Shown: positions 25,245 to 36,542, counted from the stretch's first letter. The stretch is 64,000 nt of DNA from an uncultured delta proteobacterium (GCA_963772835.1 CAVYYZ010000008.1:160001-224000), one strand, 5' to 3'. The notes: generated from the letters alone by a model not told the origin. A program made the numbers and translations.

Positions 25245-25865
25245 TCACACGAAGGTTTTCCGGTAATGAACGTAATAAATCGGCTGCCCCATATCCAGAA
25301 AACGGCGCATATATTTTGAAACCGGATATCCCTCCAGCGCATGGCGGAATGTATCAGGAGCAAGCTGATTGGCGAATCCGGGCTGGACGTTCATTAACTC
25401 AGCAACATCCAGGCCGTAGTCAACAAAATCGGTCGCAAAGTACAGATCCGCCTCCGGCTGCATGAAGAGTGACAGATATGCGACAAACCCGGAGTTAACC
25501 AGGCGCCTTTTTCTGTGGCGCAGTTTGGGCCAGGGGTCCGGGCAGTTGATGACAACCATGTGCAGAGCTGACGCCGGTATACATGCGTCGATAAAACTAC
25601 GGGCTTCGGCCCTCAGTACCCGGACATTGGTCAGCCCGGACGTATCCACCCGCTTGCAGGTTTTGATGCACCCCTTGTTGTAGAAATCAAGGGCGATAAA
25701 ATTCAGGTCAGGGTGCAGAACAGCCATCTGTACGATAAAATCACCCACTCCGCAGCCGATTTCCAGCGCCAGGGGGTTGTCATTTCCAAATATCCCGCTC
25801 CATGACGGGGCGGGGTCGTTATCCTCCCATGGCAGGAAGGTGGGGGATGTGTTGGGGATCAGCAT
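25245..25865 (-). CDS. trmB: tRNA (guanine-N7)-methyltransferase
   Basis: [28 protein letters not shown]. Confidence 0.92.
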   Translation of the reverse strand: MLIPNTSPTFLPWEDNDPAPSWSGIFGNDNPLALEIGCGVGDFIVQMAVLHPDLNFIALDFYNKGCIKTCKRVDTSGLTNVRVLRAEARSFIDACIPASALHMVVINCPDPWPKLRHRKRRLVNSGFVAYLSLFMQPEADLYFATDFVDYGLDVAELMNVQPGFANQLAPDTFRHALEGYPVSKYMRRFLDMGQPIYYVHYRKTFV

Positions 25866-26122
25866 GAATCGTCCTTTGTAAGCCGGTAGGCATGATCTGC
25901 GTGTAGAGGCAGAAATCAGCTTCTTTTGTGCATGTAAAGTGAATAACAGTCTTGGAAAAATTGTGTGACTATAGCATGTCTTAGAGGCTGGAGGGAGTGA
26001 TTTTTGTTGTTAGATGAGCTGTTTTAAACGATAGAATTTACAAGACAGTAACGTGGGGGTGTTGTATAAGGAAGATCTGGATACGATTTTATTTGTGTGA
26101 AAACTATGCGTGAGGAGCCGGC

Positions 26123-26686
26123 ATGAAAGGGAATCGTGGTTTTACGTTGATTGAAGTCATTGTTGTCGCGGCGATTATAGCTATTCTGGCAGGTATTCTG
26201 GTGCCGATGATCTTCAACCAGATCGATGAGGCGAAAAAGACGCGGGCGCAGGGAGACTGCAAAACCATATCAACCGCAGTCATGATGTTTCGTAAGGATA
26301 CAGGGAAGTGGCCCTACTTTTTGCCTGGCGATTGCACTCTGTCATATCTTGCCATTCAGGGTTCCGGCAACGCACCCGTGAACGCTTCCGGGGACTGGCA
26401 GCTCGGTCTCAATGACATCGCGCTTAAGCTGATACTCAATCTTCCATCGATTAACCCTCCCGTTGCACAGACCTGTTACAATGATAAGGCGCAGAATTAT
26501 TTACCTCAGGATTCACCCGACCCATGGGGCAACGCCTACGTACTCAATGCCGTCAATTTTGGAACGAACGAACCTGTCTGGGTCATTTCGGCCGGACCGA
26601 ACGGAATTCTTGATACGAGTGTCAACAGTCAAACACTTAATGATGCCGGTGCAAATGGGGATGATATCGGTATCAGGATTAAGTAG
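26123..26686 (+). CDS. type II secretion GspG-like pseudopilin
   Basis: Prepilin cleavage GFTLIE + hydrophobic helix; DPWGNAY...ISAGPNG...GDDI. Confidence 0.88.
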   Translation: MKGNRGFTLIEVIVVAAIIAILAGILVPMIFNQIDEAKKTRAQGDCKTISTAVMMFRKDTGKWPYFLPGDCTLSYLAIQGSGNAPVNASGDWQLGLNDIALKLILNLPSINPPVAQTCYNDKAQNYLPQDSPDPWGNAYVLNAVNFGTNEPVWVISAGPNGILDTSVNSQTLNDAGANGDDIGIRIK

Positions 26687-26706
26687 CCCCTTCCTGCATC
26701 ACAATT

Positions 26707-26741
26707 AAAAACCCTCTCAGGGATTCCTGAGGGGGTTTTTT
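26707..26741. terminator. bidirectional terminator between the gspG-like gene and the giant adhesin
   Basis: AAAAACCCTCTCAGG-GATT-CCTGAGGGGGTTTTT. Confidence 0.85.
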
Positions 26742-26768
26742 GTTTTGTTTTTATGAGTGTCGACCCGG

Positions 26769-29700
26769 TCAATCCACCTTGACTGTTAGAGTCACCGTTC
26801 CACTCGAACCGGCATCAAGTGTGCCGCCCAGAGTCCAGGTAACTGTTCCCGTGCCACCCACTGCCGGGGCGGTTATGGTGCATGAGGTAATGCCGGGCGG
26901 GAAAGGGCCGCATACTGCAGACTGAAAAGAGGTGTAAACCGGCACGGGATCGGTGATGACTACGTTCTGGAACCAGGTGGAGGCATTCGGGTTTCCGTAG
27001 CCGATGATGTAGTTGATAATAGTACCAGGTGTTGCAGTAAAAACACTTGGAGTTTTAGTTACTTGCAGCGCCAGCAATGTTACCGTAAGTGTAGCGGTGT
27101 TACTTGGAGAACCGACTGTAGCGCCGGTATCTGCCGTGGTAATGCCGCTGGTGGTATTTGTGTATGACCCGGCTGATGAAGCCGATACAGGGATGGTGAT
27201 GGTACAACCGCCGGATGGCAGGCTGGGTATAGTCAGATTGAGGCTGGTGGCGCCTGCTGCAATAGCCGGTGAGTTAGTTACTCCGACGCAGGTCCCGCCG
27301 ATAGTTGCGGGCGCTGCGACCTTGAAACCGGTCAAGGTATCTGTGAAATTGGAGGATGTCAGTGCATTGCCGTTGGAATTGCTGAGTGTGAACGTCATGG
27401 TTGAGGTTGTGTAAACATCAACAGTTGCCGGAGTGAAGGTCTTTACTATTGTCGGCATTACGTTAACTGTCAGCGTGATCGGGCCGGCCAGTGTGCCGGT
27501 CAGTGCTGCCGGACCGGTGCTGGTCGGGGCGGTTGTGCTGTTGTTGACTGTGGCAGTAGCGGTGACGCTCTGCGTGATGGTGCAGGTGCCGCCGGGAACA
27601 ATGGTGCCGGCGCTGAAGCCGACCGTGGTGCCGAGATTGACACCGCCGGTCAGGGTGGCGCTCCCCGCGCCGCTGCACACGACGCCGCCGCCGGCGTTGT
27701 TCTTAAGTGTTCCTCCGTAGGTGTCGCTGATGCTGACGCCGGTCAGGTTGCCTACGTTACCGCCAGGGTTCGTGACAGTGATGACCATGCTGGAGGTACC
27801 GCCAATGGAGATGCCGGCGGGAGTGAATGTTTTGGTGACTGTGGGCGGTGCGTAGATGTTGACCGTGGCGGTGTTTGATACTGCTCCGTTGCCGCTTTGG
27901 GTGGAGCTGACCACTCCGGTGGTATTGTTCTTGGCACCGGTGGTTGTGCCGGTGACCGGGACGGTGATGGTGCAGGTTGCCGGTGATGCGGCAACTGTAC
28001 CGGCGCTAAAGGTCAGCAGGTTGCCGCCGGTAATGACCAGGCTACCGCCGCAAGGATTGGTGGTACCGTTTGTGGCGGTGAGGCCGGCCGGCAAAGTGTC
28101 GGTAAAGGCGATGCCGCTTACGGGGTTGCTGTTGGCATTGCTGATCAGAAAGCTCATATTGACGCTCGAGCCCTGTGCCACATTGGCGGAGGCAAAAGAT
28201 TTGGTAATAGTAGGAGCGGAATATACGTTGAGCGTCTGGTTGGTGACACCGTTCAGCATACCGCTGATGGCGGTGATCTGAGCCGCACCGTTTACGTATC
28301 CGGCCAGCGCCACGTTGCTGGTGACATTGACGCTGATGGTACAGGTCGAGGCGCCTGCGGCCGCATTGACTCCGGTGCCGGCAACGGTGAAGGTTCCCGC
28401 TCCCGCTGTCACCGTGATGGTGGGCGTGCCGCCGCAGCCGTTGACTACGGCAGGTGTACCGGCAATCTTCAGGTTGGCCGGGAAGGTGTCGGTAAAGGTC
28501 AGGCCGCTGCGTACCAGTGCACCGGCCGGATTGGTGACGGTAAAGGTCAGTGTCGCCGTCTGGCCGACGCCTATGATTCCGGTACTGAAGGCCTTGGTCA
28601 GTGATGGAAGGGCCTGTACAATCAGGTTTGCACTGTTGGATGCCGGTCCGGTGGAGGCCTGACTGCTTGAGACTCCTGATGTCTGGTTGGTCTGGGTCCC
28701 GATGACGTTACTGGTAACGACGACCGAAATAGTACAGTTCCCGTTGATCGGTATCGTCAGACCGCTAAATGTCAGGTTCGTCTGGCCGTTTGCAAAGCTG
28801 TTGCCCCCGGCACCGGTACAACTGCCGCCGGCCGACTGGGCACCGCTGACAGCCATATTGGTCATGGTGTCGCTGAATCCTGATGATGTGAGGTTGATGC
28901 CATTGGTGTTGTTGAGTGTGAAGGTGATTGTAGAGGTTGATCCCTGGTTGATCGTGGCCGGACCGAACGCCTTGGCAATCGTGGGCGCTGCCGCTGTGAC
29001 CGTCAACTGGGCCGTGTTGCTGACTGTACCGACGGTGGTCTGGGTGGTCGTCACACCGCTGGTAGTGTTGTTGTATGTGCCGGGGACATCGGAAGATACG
29101 ACGACCGTTACGGTGCAGCCGCCCGGTGGAATCGACAGGGCGTTGAACGTTAAGAGGCCGGTTTGCCCCAGGGTGAAGCTGTTGCCGGCCACTCCGCCAC
29201 ACGTTCCGCCGGCCGTCTGGTTGGAGTTGATTGCCATGCCGGTCAGCGTGTCGGTGAAGGTGGCACCCGTCAGGGTGATGGAGTTGGCGTTGCTGAGCGC
29301 GAAGGTTATGGTAGAGGGAGCGTCCGAAGAGATGATATTTGGTGCAAAGGCCTTGCCGATACCGGCTTGCGACAGGTAGCTGACTGCGGCGCTGACAGTG
29401 CTGGCGTCAAGGTTTGACGAGGCGCCGCTGATACGTGCGGCATTATTGGTATAGCTTCCGGCAGCGGCAGCGATGGTGTTGACCGTGATGGTGCAGTTCG
29501 CAGCAGCGGCCGCGAGTGTTCCGCCGGCCAGGGTTATGCTGTTACTGCCGGCCGTGGCGGTAACAACCCCGCCGCAACCGTTGACAAGACCGTTGGGAGT
29601 AGAGACCAGCAGACCGGCCGGCAGCGTATCGGTAAAGGCCAGCCCGCTTTGAGCCGGGTTGCCAACGCCGTTGGTGACAGTCAATGTCAACTGACTGTTG

Positions 29701-32700
29701 GAGCCAAGCATCTGGGTAACAGGAGTAAAGGATTTGCTCAGGGTCGTACCGACCACCGTCAGAGTGCTTGAGAGGGCATTTGCGGTCAGTCCGCCGGCCA
29801 GACCTGTTATATTGCCTACGTTGGTGTTCGTGTAGCTGCCGGCCGCTGCAGATGTTACATCGACCTTGATGGTGCAGTTGGCCGTTCCGGCAGTGAGTGC
29901 ACCCCCTGCGAGGGTTATGACGCTGCTACCGGCCATGGCTGTCACCGCACCTCCACATGCACCGACGAGACCGTTGGGAGCTGAGATGACCACTCCTGCG
30001 GGGAGGGTATCCGTAAAAGCCATCCCGCTCTGTACCGGGTTACCGGTTGAATTGGCGATGGTGAAGGTCAGGGCCGAGGTGCCGTTAAACCCGATAGTGG
30101 CAGGTGCGAAAACCTTGGTCAAGGTCGGATGGTCGTTAACTGTCAGGGTTGAGTTGACGCTGTTGGTCATACCGGGCGATGTGCCGGTGACGTTGGCGGC
30201 AACGTTGTTGTAGGTGCCGGCCGTATTGCTGGTGACATCAACCGTGACGGTGCAGGTCGCCTGAGCCAGCGCCATGCCGCCGTTGGCGAGGACGATGGCA
30301 TTGCTCCCTGACCCGGCTGTAACCGTTCCGCCGACACAGGTAGTTGAAGCATTAGCCGGGCTCGCCACCATCACGTTGGCCGGTAGTGTCTCGGTAAAGG
30401 CCAGTCCGGTCTGAACCGGGTTGCCGGCACCGTTAGTGATAGTGAAGGTCGCGGTTGACGACAATCCGGTTAGAACGATGGCCGGAGCAAAGGCCTTGGT
30501 CAGGGTCGAGCCCCGGACGGTCAGGGAGGCAGATGCGTTGGTTCCAACTGCCGGAGTCTGTTGGGTGGTGACTCCGCTGACCGTATTGGCATTAGTCGCG
30601 ACGTTAGTGCTGGTCACCAGCAGCGTGACCGTACAGCTGCCGTTCGCCGGCAGTGTCATCCCGGTCAGTGTGATCAGGCCGGTCTGGGTGTCGGTGAAGC
30701 TGTTGCTTGCGGCGCCGCTGCAGGTGCCGCCGGCAACCTGGTCACCGGAAATGCTCATGTTGGTGAGCGTGTCGGTGATGGTGGCGTTGGAGAGAGCGGT
30801 TGAGTTGGATACGTTATTCAGCGTAAATGTGAGGGTTGAACTGCTGCCGGCACCGATCACATTCGGTGCAAAGGCCTTGGCGATGGTCGGCGATTTCAGG
30901 GCCAGCACCGAGGCAGAGCTGCCGGTAGTGTTGGTAAAACCGGCGGCGCTGGTGATCAGATAATCCGCCGTATTGGTGTAGGTGCCACCAGTGGTGATAG
31001 ACGGGATCGTTGACGGGCAGGTCACGGTGCAGACAGCACCGGCATTAACCCGCAACCCCGAGTTTGCATTTTGAAAGTTGATTTGCGCAGTGCTGTTCAA
31101 CGTGTTGACAACCGTTGCACCGACGCCGGTTGTGCCGTTGGATATGCAGCCGTTAGCGGGTACCGAGGCGGTAATTGTGCAGGAATTCGCGGCGCTTAGA
31201 AGAAGCATGCGTGACCCGCCGGCAAGAGCCATTACATCAGAGGTATTAAAACGGACTCTGGTAGCATCGGTGCCGGCCGAAAGGTTAGAGATGGTGAAAA
31301 TCATGTCCAGGTTTGCGTTGGCCGGTCCGGCCTGTACCTGGGACTGGCTGAATGACTTGGTATAGATCAGGCGGTTGGTGCCGGCCGCGACAACTGTCAG
31401 GCTGCCGGACGCGGCGGCATTGCTGCCGGCTGTGGTCTGCAGAGTACCCGCTGCTATCGTGTTGGTTGGTGTTCCGACGGTGCTGCTGGTTACATCTACG
31501 ATTACCGTGCAGCCGCCGGCCGGGATCGAGGTGCCGTTGGCGATGGTGAAACTGCCGGCTCCGGCTGTGGCGGTGACGGCGGTGCAACTTCCGCTGTTAC
31601 CGGCAGTGTTGATGGTCATACCGGCCGGAAAGGTGTCGGTAAAGAGAGCGGTGAGAAATATGGCGGCAGTGTTGGGGTTACTGATGTTCACGGTCAAAGT
31701 CGAGTTCGCCCCGCTGGCGATAGTGGTTGGTGAGAAGACCTTGGCGATTGTCGGCGGCGCCAGCACGGTGAGGGTGGCCGAGGCGTTCGGCCCGGAGGTC
31801 GGCACCTGGGTGGTGGTAACGCCGGAGACGGTATTGACGTAGCTGCCCGAAGCGGCAGCGGTTACATCGACCATGACGGTACAGCTGCCGCTGGCAGGAA
31901 TGTTAATGCTGGCGATGATACCCCTGGGGGTGGCGCCACTATTGGGACTGTCGTCTAAAGCCGTGGTGGCTTTAGCATTCGGTATCGCACCGGTGCAGGT
32001 ACCCCTGCCAACGCCGGTATAGGTCTGTGCGACGTTGGTGGTGGTCATGCCGGCCGGAAAAACGTCGGTGAAGGCGGCCCCGTTCATGATCGAGGAGTTG
32101 GGGTTGGTCAGGGTCAGGGTGATGGTGGAAGTTCCACCGGCCGGAATGGTGGCCGGACTGAAGACCTTGGCGATGGTGACAGGACCGAGTACGTCCAGAG
32201 AGGCCGAGGCGGGAGTTCCCGGATTTACAGATGTTTCAGTGCTGGTTGCGCCGCTGGTCGTGTTGCTGTGTCCAACTGCGGGGCTGATGGTGCCGGAGGT
32301 GATCGTGACGCTGATCGTACAGCTTTCGTTGGCGGCCAGAGAGGTAAGAGTCGGGTTGACCTGGGTGCCGCCGACGGAAAGGGCCGGTGAAAATGATACC
32401 GCTCCGCTGCAGGTTTTGCCGAAGCTGGTTGATGCCACAGTCATGTTGTTCAGGACATCACTGAACTGGACGTTGTTGAGCGGGGTAGATGAATTCGGGT
32501 TGGTGACCGTAAACGTAACGGTTGTATTGCCTCCGACGGTGATCTGACTCGGCAGGAAGTTTTTGCCAAGCTGCGGCGGACGAAGCACGTTCAGGGTCGC
32601 CACTGGCGACGGCGATCCGGCCACCGGGGTCTGGGTCGAGGTGGCGCCGCTGGTCTGATTGGTGTTGGCACCGCTGACGTTGCTGGTAATCTGGACCGTT

Positions 32701-35700
32701 ACGGTACAGCTGGTGCCGGCAGCCAGTGTCGGCACCGTCAGGTTGAGACTGGATGCCCCTGCAACCAGAGCCGGGATGCTGGTGGTACCGATACAACTGC
32801 CACCGATAGTACTGTTGGCAACTGTCATGCTGGTCAGCGCATCGCTGAAGCTTACGTTGGTGAGCGGCACGGCATTACTGTTCTGCAGGGTGATCGTCAT
32901 GGCGCTGACGCCGCCCTGGCTGATCAGCGAAGGAGAAAAGGATTTAGCGGTAACTGCCGGTGCCACCACGACGTTCAACGTGGCGGTGTTTGAAGCCGCA
33001 CCGGCGCCTCCGGTTTCCGTGGTGGCTACACCGGAAGTGGCGTTGTTGTACGTACCGGCAACGCTGGAAGTGACCGGCACCGTGATGGTGCAACTCGACA
33101 GTGCCGGAACCGTCCCTGCGGTGACGTTGAAGGTCGAGCCGCCGGCAGTGGCGGTCGTGACGATGCCGCTGCAGCTGCCGCCGACCGTGAGCGGCGTACC
33201 GTTGAACAGATTAGCGGGATAGTTGTCGGTGAAGCTGATTCCGTTCAGAGGGATGGAATCAGGGTTGGTTATAGTCAGCTGTATACTGCCGGTACCGCCG
33301 GGCGCGAAGCTGGCCGGAATGAACGCCTTGGCTATGGTCGGTTTCTGAGCCACTATCAGGGTGGCGCTGTTCGAAACCGGTCCGACCGGCAGCAGCGCAG
33401 TCGAAACACCCGAGGTCGTGTTTAGGTTACTGCCTGTAGTAGAACTGGACACGATGAAGGTGATGGTGCAGCCGGCGGCCGGAATATTGATACCGCTGAA
33501 AGCAAGAGCTGTCTGGCCGGCCGTGAGCCCGTTACCGGTAAAGGCGCCGCAGGTACCACCGGCGGTCTGATTGGCGGAGATACTCATGTTGGTGAGTGTG
33601 TCTGTCATGATGCCAGCCGTCTGCGCAATCCCGGTCGGGTTATTGAGCGTCAGGGTCACGGTCGATGTGCCTCCCGGAGCGATCTGGGCAGGGGCAAAGC
33701 CCTTGTTGATCACGACCAAGCCGACTCCCAGAGCCGTCGTTGCTGATGGGGTTCCTGCATCGGGCGTCTGCGTGCTGGTGACGCCGCTGGTCGTATTCGG
33801 ATAGTTGCCGGCTGCTGCCGAGCGCACTTGTACCGTAATGGTGCAGCTTCCCGCCGCGGGGACATTGCCTCCCGTGACATTGAAGATGCCCCCTCCCGCG
33901 ACAGTAGTACCACTCAGAATCACACCGGTGCAGCTTCCGCCGGTAGTGAGCGGAGTGGCATTTATCAGGCCGGCCGGATAGGTGTCCGTAAACACGATAT
34001 TGGTCAGACCTGCCACGTTCGGATTGGTTATGGTAAAAGTCAGGGTGTCATTGGTATTAGTCGCCACCGCAATCGGACTGAAAGCCTTGGTAATCGTCGG
34101 GCGACCCAGCAGTGTGCCGGAACCGACTGCGGCATTAGAGATCTTTTCCATATTCGTCAGGGCCCAGGCCGGGATGCTGTTGATGAACGGCCCTGAAACC
34201 GGGGACGAAACCGTTGTCTGCACCTGACAACCGGCAATCGGGACGGTGGCACCGCTCAGGCTGAAGGAGGTGCTGCCGGCCGTAGCGGTAACCGCACCGC
34301 CCGGACAGGTCGTGGAGGCGGCCGGTACGGCGGCATTCACTAAACCAGCCGGGTAGGTGTCGCTGAAGGATGCACCCGTCAGGGGGATGCCGGCCGGGTT
34401 GCCGATGGTGACGGTCAACACACTCGTGCCGCCGACACTTATGCTGGTCGGATTGAAGCTCTTGCTGAAGGTTGCCGGGGTGCGGACGGTCACATCTTCG
34501 CTGGTGCTGGAAGCAGGATTGTAGTTGCTGCCCGGGACGGCACCGCCGCCGGCATAGGCGCCTCCCGGGGTGACAGTCTGACCAGCAATGGTCCGTGTCG
34601 GGTCGTCGTAGGTGACCGCGCCCGGATTCTGATAGGTGCCGAGCGTCGTGCCGACCGGGATGTTCACGGTGAACGTGACCGAAACGCTGCCGCCGCCAGG
34701 AATAGAGAAGCTCGACCAGGCGGGCGATGTCGCACCGACGACCGGATTAGCCGTTGATGCTTGAGTGGCGCCGCCGCTGAGTGTTATGGAGGAGGTCGAT
34801 GCATACGTGAAGGGTGACGGCGCTCCGGGCAGCACATCAGTCAGTTTGACTCCGGTAGCGTTTCCGTATCCGGCAGCATTTGTCACGGTCAGCGTGTAGG
34901 TGGCCGTCCCCCCCTGGACTGCATTGGGAGTTCCAGCCGACTTGGTTACGGTGAGCAGGGGGTTGCAGAGCGCGTTTGAACCCGCCCCGGGCAGGTCGGT
35001 CGGCAGCAGCGCGTATAACTGGTACCCTCCGGACGAAGAGGATGATCCGTAGTCTACGGTGGTCGTCGCACTGGCGTTGGTGGTGCCGTATGCCCCGCCG
35101 TTGACGCTGACCGGCACTGTGCTTGAGATGGCGACAAACCCGCCTCCACCGCCCCCGCCCGGTCCATGCGGGTTGACGCCGGCTCCCGGAGAGTTGCTTC
35201 CGCCGTTGCCGCCGTTGGCATTGATCGAGACGCCCGCCAGCGTGTTGTTGGTGGCGAACATCAGAACTGCGCCGCCACCGCCACCGCCTCCCGAGGCGTC
35301 GTTCAGAACCGTCGTGTTACCGGCTGCGCCGTTGGCATTGATCGTCCCGGTTCCGGTAGTTGTCCGGGTACGAATGATGACTATGCCGCCTCCGGCTGCG
35401 CCGCTGGACGCAAAACCGCCTCCGGGAGTACCGGTCGCATTGTTGGTGGTTCCCGCACCCCCGCCCCCCCCCATGGTCAGGCGGGCCGGGGACATGGGCA
35501 CCGATTCGCCGCCGTAGCCGCCGGTCATGTACATCGGCGGCGTGCCTGGGGTCCAGCCGTAACCGCCCATCCCTCCGGTGCTGTACGCGCCGCCGCCACC
35601 TCCGCCGGAATTGTTCTGGTTGCTGGTAACGCTTCCGTCAGTGCCGCCCCCGCCTGCATTGCCCGGCGCTCCTCGGGCAAAACTGCCGTTCGGGTATCCG

Positions 35701-36542
35701 TCGGTTCCGGTGTCTAAGAGAGTGTTGCTGTTATTTATCCAGCGAGGTGTACCGGCTATGCCTTCACCCTTGCCGGCGTTCAGTCTGTTGAGGCCGGTGC
35801 CTGCAAAGGGCGGGACACCGGTTGGAGCTGTCGTCCTGATGTCGGTGTTCGTCAGGCCGGCAGACGGATTGGCACCGACCAGGTTTATGCCGCCGGCGCC
35901 ACGAAAACCCAGTCCCGTTACGTCGATAATCTGCCCACCCCAGCTTAGCTGGCCGGCCACATCGAACGCCACAACCCCTCCGGTGTATTCTGTCCCGGTT
36001 CCGCTCCACATGGAAGCGGTTACCCCCGCCCCCATCACAACAGAAGCATACTGGGGAACCCGGATCACCTGGAAGGTGCGTTGTCCTGCCGAGAAGGTTG
36101 CAGTAGCCGAACGGTAGCTGTTGGCCAGCGGCGCAGTGACAGTAATAGGGTTCGCGCCGGTTACATAGGAGGGGGATACTACGGCGTATTCATAGATACC
36201 GGCGTTGTTCAGCGCCGTAAATCCGGAACCGCCTGAACTGCCGCCATAACTGGTGGTGTTGCTGCTGTCAATGTCGGCATCCTGCATCTGCATGATTATT
36301 ATAAGATCGCCGGCAGCTATGTTCGCTGCGGCACCCCGTTTTCCGGCGATGCTGACCGTTATCGATGTCGAGCCGGCGCTAACTGTCCCGGTGCCGGGAT
36401 AATAGCTGTTGATAACGCCGCTTGGCGTGGCAGGTCCGTCGACGCCGGGATTCGAGCATACCTGCGCGGAGGCCTGTCCGCCAAGGAGCAGCAGCATGAG
36501 ACTGCAGGTGATGATGCCTATATAGGAACAAGTTCGTTTCAC
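26769..36542 (-). CDS. giant secreted adhesin-like protein: Gly-rich N-terminal domain + ~21 DUF11-like Ig repeats
   Basis: Signal peptide (ASA/Q); Gly-rich region; one DUF11 domain, 19 repeats starting PxxxKxFxP with FTD, two Cys and GxYxN; truncated terminal DUF11 ending VTLTVKVD. Confidence 0.9.
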   Translation of the reverse strand: MKRTCSYIGIITCSLMLLLLGGQASAQVCSNPGVDGPATPSGVINSYYPGTGTVSAGSTSITVSIAGKRGAAANIAAGDLIIIMQMQDADIDSSNTTSYGGSSGGSGFTALNNAGIYEYAVVSPSYVTGANPITVTAPLANSYRSATATFSAGQRTFQVIRVPQYASVVMGAGVTASMWSGTGTEYTGGVVAFDVAGQLSWGGQIIDVTGLGFRGAGGINLVGANPSAGLTNTDIRTTAPTGVPPFAGTGLNRLNAGKGEGIAGTPRWINNSNTLLDTGTDGYPNGSFARGAPGNAGGGGTDGSVTSNQNNSGGGGGGAYSTGGMGGYGWTPGTPPMYMTGGYGGESVPMSPARLTMGGGGGAGTTNNATGTPGGGFASSGAAGGGIVIIRTRTTTGTGTINANGAAGNTTVLNDASGGGGGGGAVLMFATNNTLAGVSINANGGNGGSNSPGAGVNPHGPGGGGGGGFVAISSTVPVSVNGGAYGTTNASATTTVDYGSSSSSGGYQLYALLPTDLPGAGSNALCNPLLTVTKSAGTPNAVQGGTATYTLTVTNAAGYGNATGVKLTDVLPGAPSPFTYASTSSITLSGGATQASTANPVVGATSPAWSSFSIPGGGSVSVTFTVNIPVGTTLGTYQNPGAVTYDDPTRTIAGQTVTPGGAYAGGGAVPGSNYNPASSTSEDVTVRTPATFSKSFNPTSISVGGTSVLTVTIGNPAGIPLTGASFSDTYPAGLVNAAVPAASTTCPGGAVTATAGSTSFSLSGATVPIAGCQVQTTVSSPVSGPFINSIPAWALTNMEKISNAAVGSGTLLGRPTITKAFSPIAVATNTNDTLTFTITNPNVAGLTNIVFTDTYPAGLINATPLTTGGSCTGVILSGTTVAGGGIFNVTGGNVPAAGSCTITVQVRSAAAGNYPNTTSGVTSTQTPDAGTPSATTALGVGLVVINKGFAPAQIAPGGTSTVTLTLNNPTGIAQTAGIMTDTLTNMSISANQTAGGTCGAFTGNGLTAGQTALAFSGINIPAAGCTITFIVSSSTTGSNLNTTSGVSTALLPVGPVSNSATLIVAQKPTIAKAFIPASFAPGGTGSIQLTITNPDSIPLNGISFTDNYPANLFNGTPLTVGGSCSGIVTTATAGGSTFNVTAGTVPALSSCTITVPVTSSVAGTYNNATSGVATTETGGAGAASNTATLNVVVAPAVTAKSFSPSLISQGGVSAMTITLQNSNAVPLTNVSFSDALTSMTVANSTIGGSCIGTTSIPALVAGASSLNLTVPTLAAGTSCTVTVQITSNVSGANTNQTSGATSTQTPVAGSPSPVATLNVLRPPQLGKNFLPSQITVGGNTTVTFTVTNPNSSTPLNNVQFSDVLNNMTVASTSFGKTCSGAVSFSPALSVGGTQVNPTLTSLAANESCTISVTITSGTISPAVGHSNTTSGATSTETSVNPGTPASASLDVLGPVTIAKVFSPATIPAGGTSTITLTLTNPNSSIMNGAAFTDVFPAGMTTTNVAQTYTGVGRGTCTGAIPNAKATTALDDSPNSGATPRGIIASINIPASGSCTVMVDVTAAASGSYVNTVSGVTTTQVPTSGPNASATLTVLAPPTIAKVFSPTTIASGANSTLTVNISNPNTAAIFLTALFTDTFPAGMTINTAGNSGSCTAVTATAGAGSFTIANGTSIPAGGCTVIVDVTSSTVGTPTNTIAAGTLQTTAGSNAAASGSLTVVAAGTNRLIYTKSFSQSQVQAGPANANLDMIFTISNLSAGTDATRVRFNTSDVMALAGGSRMLLLSAANSCTITASVPANGCISNGTTGVGATVVNTLNSTAQINFQNANSGLRVNAGAVCTVTCPSTIPSITTGGTYTNTADYLITSAAGFTNTTGSSASVLALKSPTIAKAFAPNVIGAGSSSTLTFTLNNVSNSTALSNATITDTLTNMSISGDQVAGGTCSGAASNSFTDTQTGLITLTGMTLPANGSCTVTLLVTSTNVATNANTVSGVTTQQTPAVGTNASASLTVRGSTLTKAFAPAIVLTGLSSTATFTITNGAGNPVQTGLAFTETLPANVMVASPANASTTCVGGTVTAGSGSNAIVLANGGMALAQATCTVTVDVTSNTAGTYNNVAANVTGTSPGMTNSVNSTLTVNDHPTLTKVFAPATIGFNGTSALTFTIANSTGNPVQSGMAFTDTLPAGVVISAPNGLVGACGGAVTAMAGSSVITLAGGALTAGTANCTIKVDVTSAAAGSYTNTNVGNITGLAGGLTANALSSTLTVVGTTLSKSFTPVTQMLGSNSQLTLTVTNGVGNPAQSGLAFTDTLPAGLLVSTPNGLVNGCGGVVTATAGSNSITLAGGTLAAAAANCTITVNTIAAAAGSYTNNAARISGASSNLDASTVSAAVSYLSQAGIGKAFAPNIISSDAPSTITFALSNANSITLTGATFTDTLTGMAINSNQTAGGTCGGVAGNSFTLGQTGLLTFNALSIPPGGCTVTVVVSSDVPGTYNNTTSGVTTTQTTVGTVSNTAQLTVTAAAPTIAKAFGPATINQGSTSTITFTLNNTNGINLTSSGFSDTMTNMAVSGAQSAGGSCTGAGGNSFANGQTNLTFSGLTIPINGNCTISVVVTSNVIGTQTNQTSGVSSSQASTGPASNSANLIVQALPSLTKAFSTGIIGVGQTATLTFTVTNPAGALVRSGLTFTDTFPANLKIAGTPAVVNGCGGTPTITVTAGAGTFTVAGTGVNAAAGASTCTISVNVTSNVALAGYVNGAAQITAISGMLNGVTNQTLNVYSAPTITKSFASANVAQGSSVNMSFLISNANSNPVSGIAFTDTLPAGLTATNGTTNPCGGSLVITGGNLLTFSAGTVAASPATCTITVPVTGTTTGAKNNTTGVVSSTQSGNGAVSNTATVNIYAPPTVTKTFTPAGISIGGTSSMVITVTNPGGNVGNLTGVSISDTYGGTLKNNAGGGVVCSGAGSATLTGGVNLGTTVGFSAGTIVPGGTCTITQSVTATATVNNSTTAPTSTGPAALTGTLAGPITLTVNVMPTIVKTFTPATVDVYTTSTMTFTLSNSNGNALTSSNFTDTLTGFKVAAPATIGGTCVGVTNSPAIAAGATSLNLTIPSLPSGGCTITIPVSASSAGSYTNTTSGITTADTGATVGSPSNTATLTVTLLALQVTKTPSVFTATPGTIINYIIGYGNPNASTWFQNVVITDPVPVYTSFQSAVCGPFPPGITSCTITAPAVGGTGTVTWTLGGTLDAGSSGTVTLTVKVD

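Noticed and set aside
26123..26686. GspG-like pseudopilin as part of the DUF11 operon
   Set aside because: Opposite strand, separated by a bidirectional terminator; there is no sequence evidence of a link.
27013..36117. Many plus-strand Val/Pro/Ala-rich ORFs opposite the giant adhesin
   Set aside because: Antisense translation of Thr/Gly/Ala-rich codons; not independent genes.
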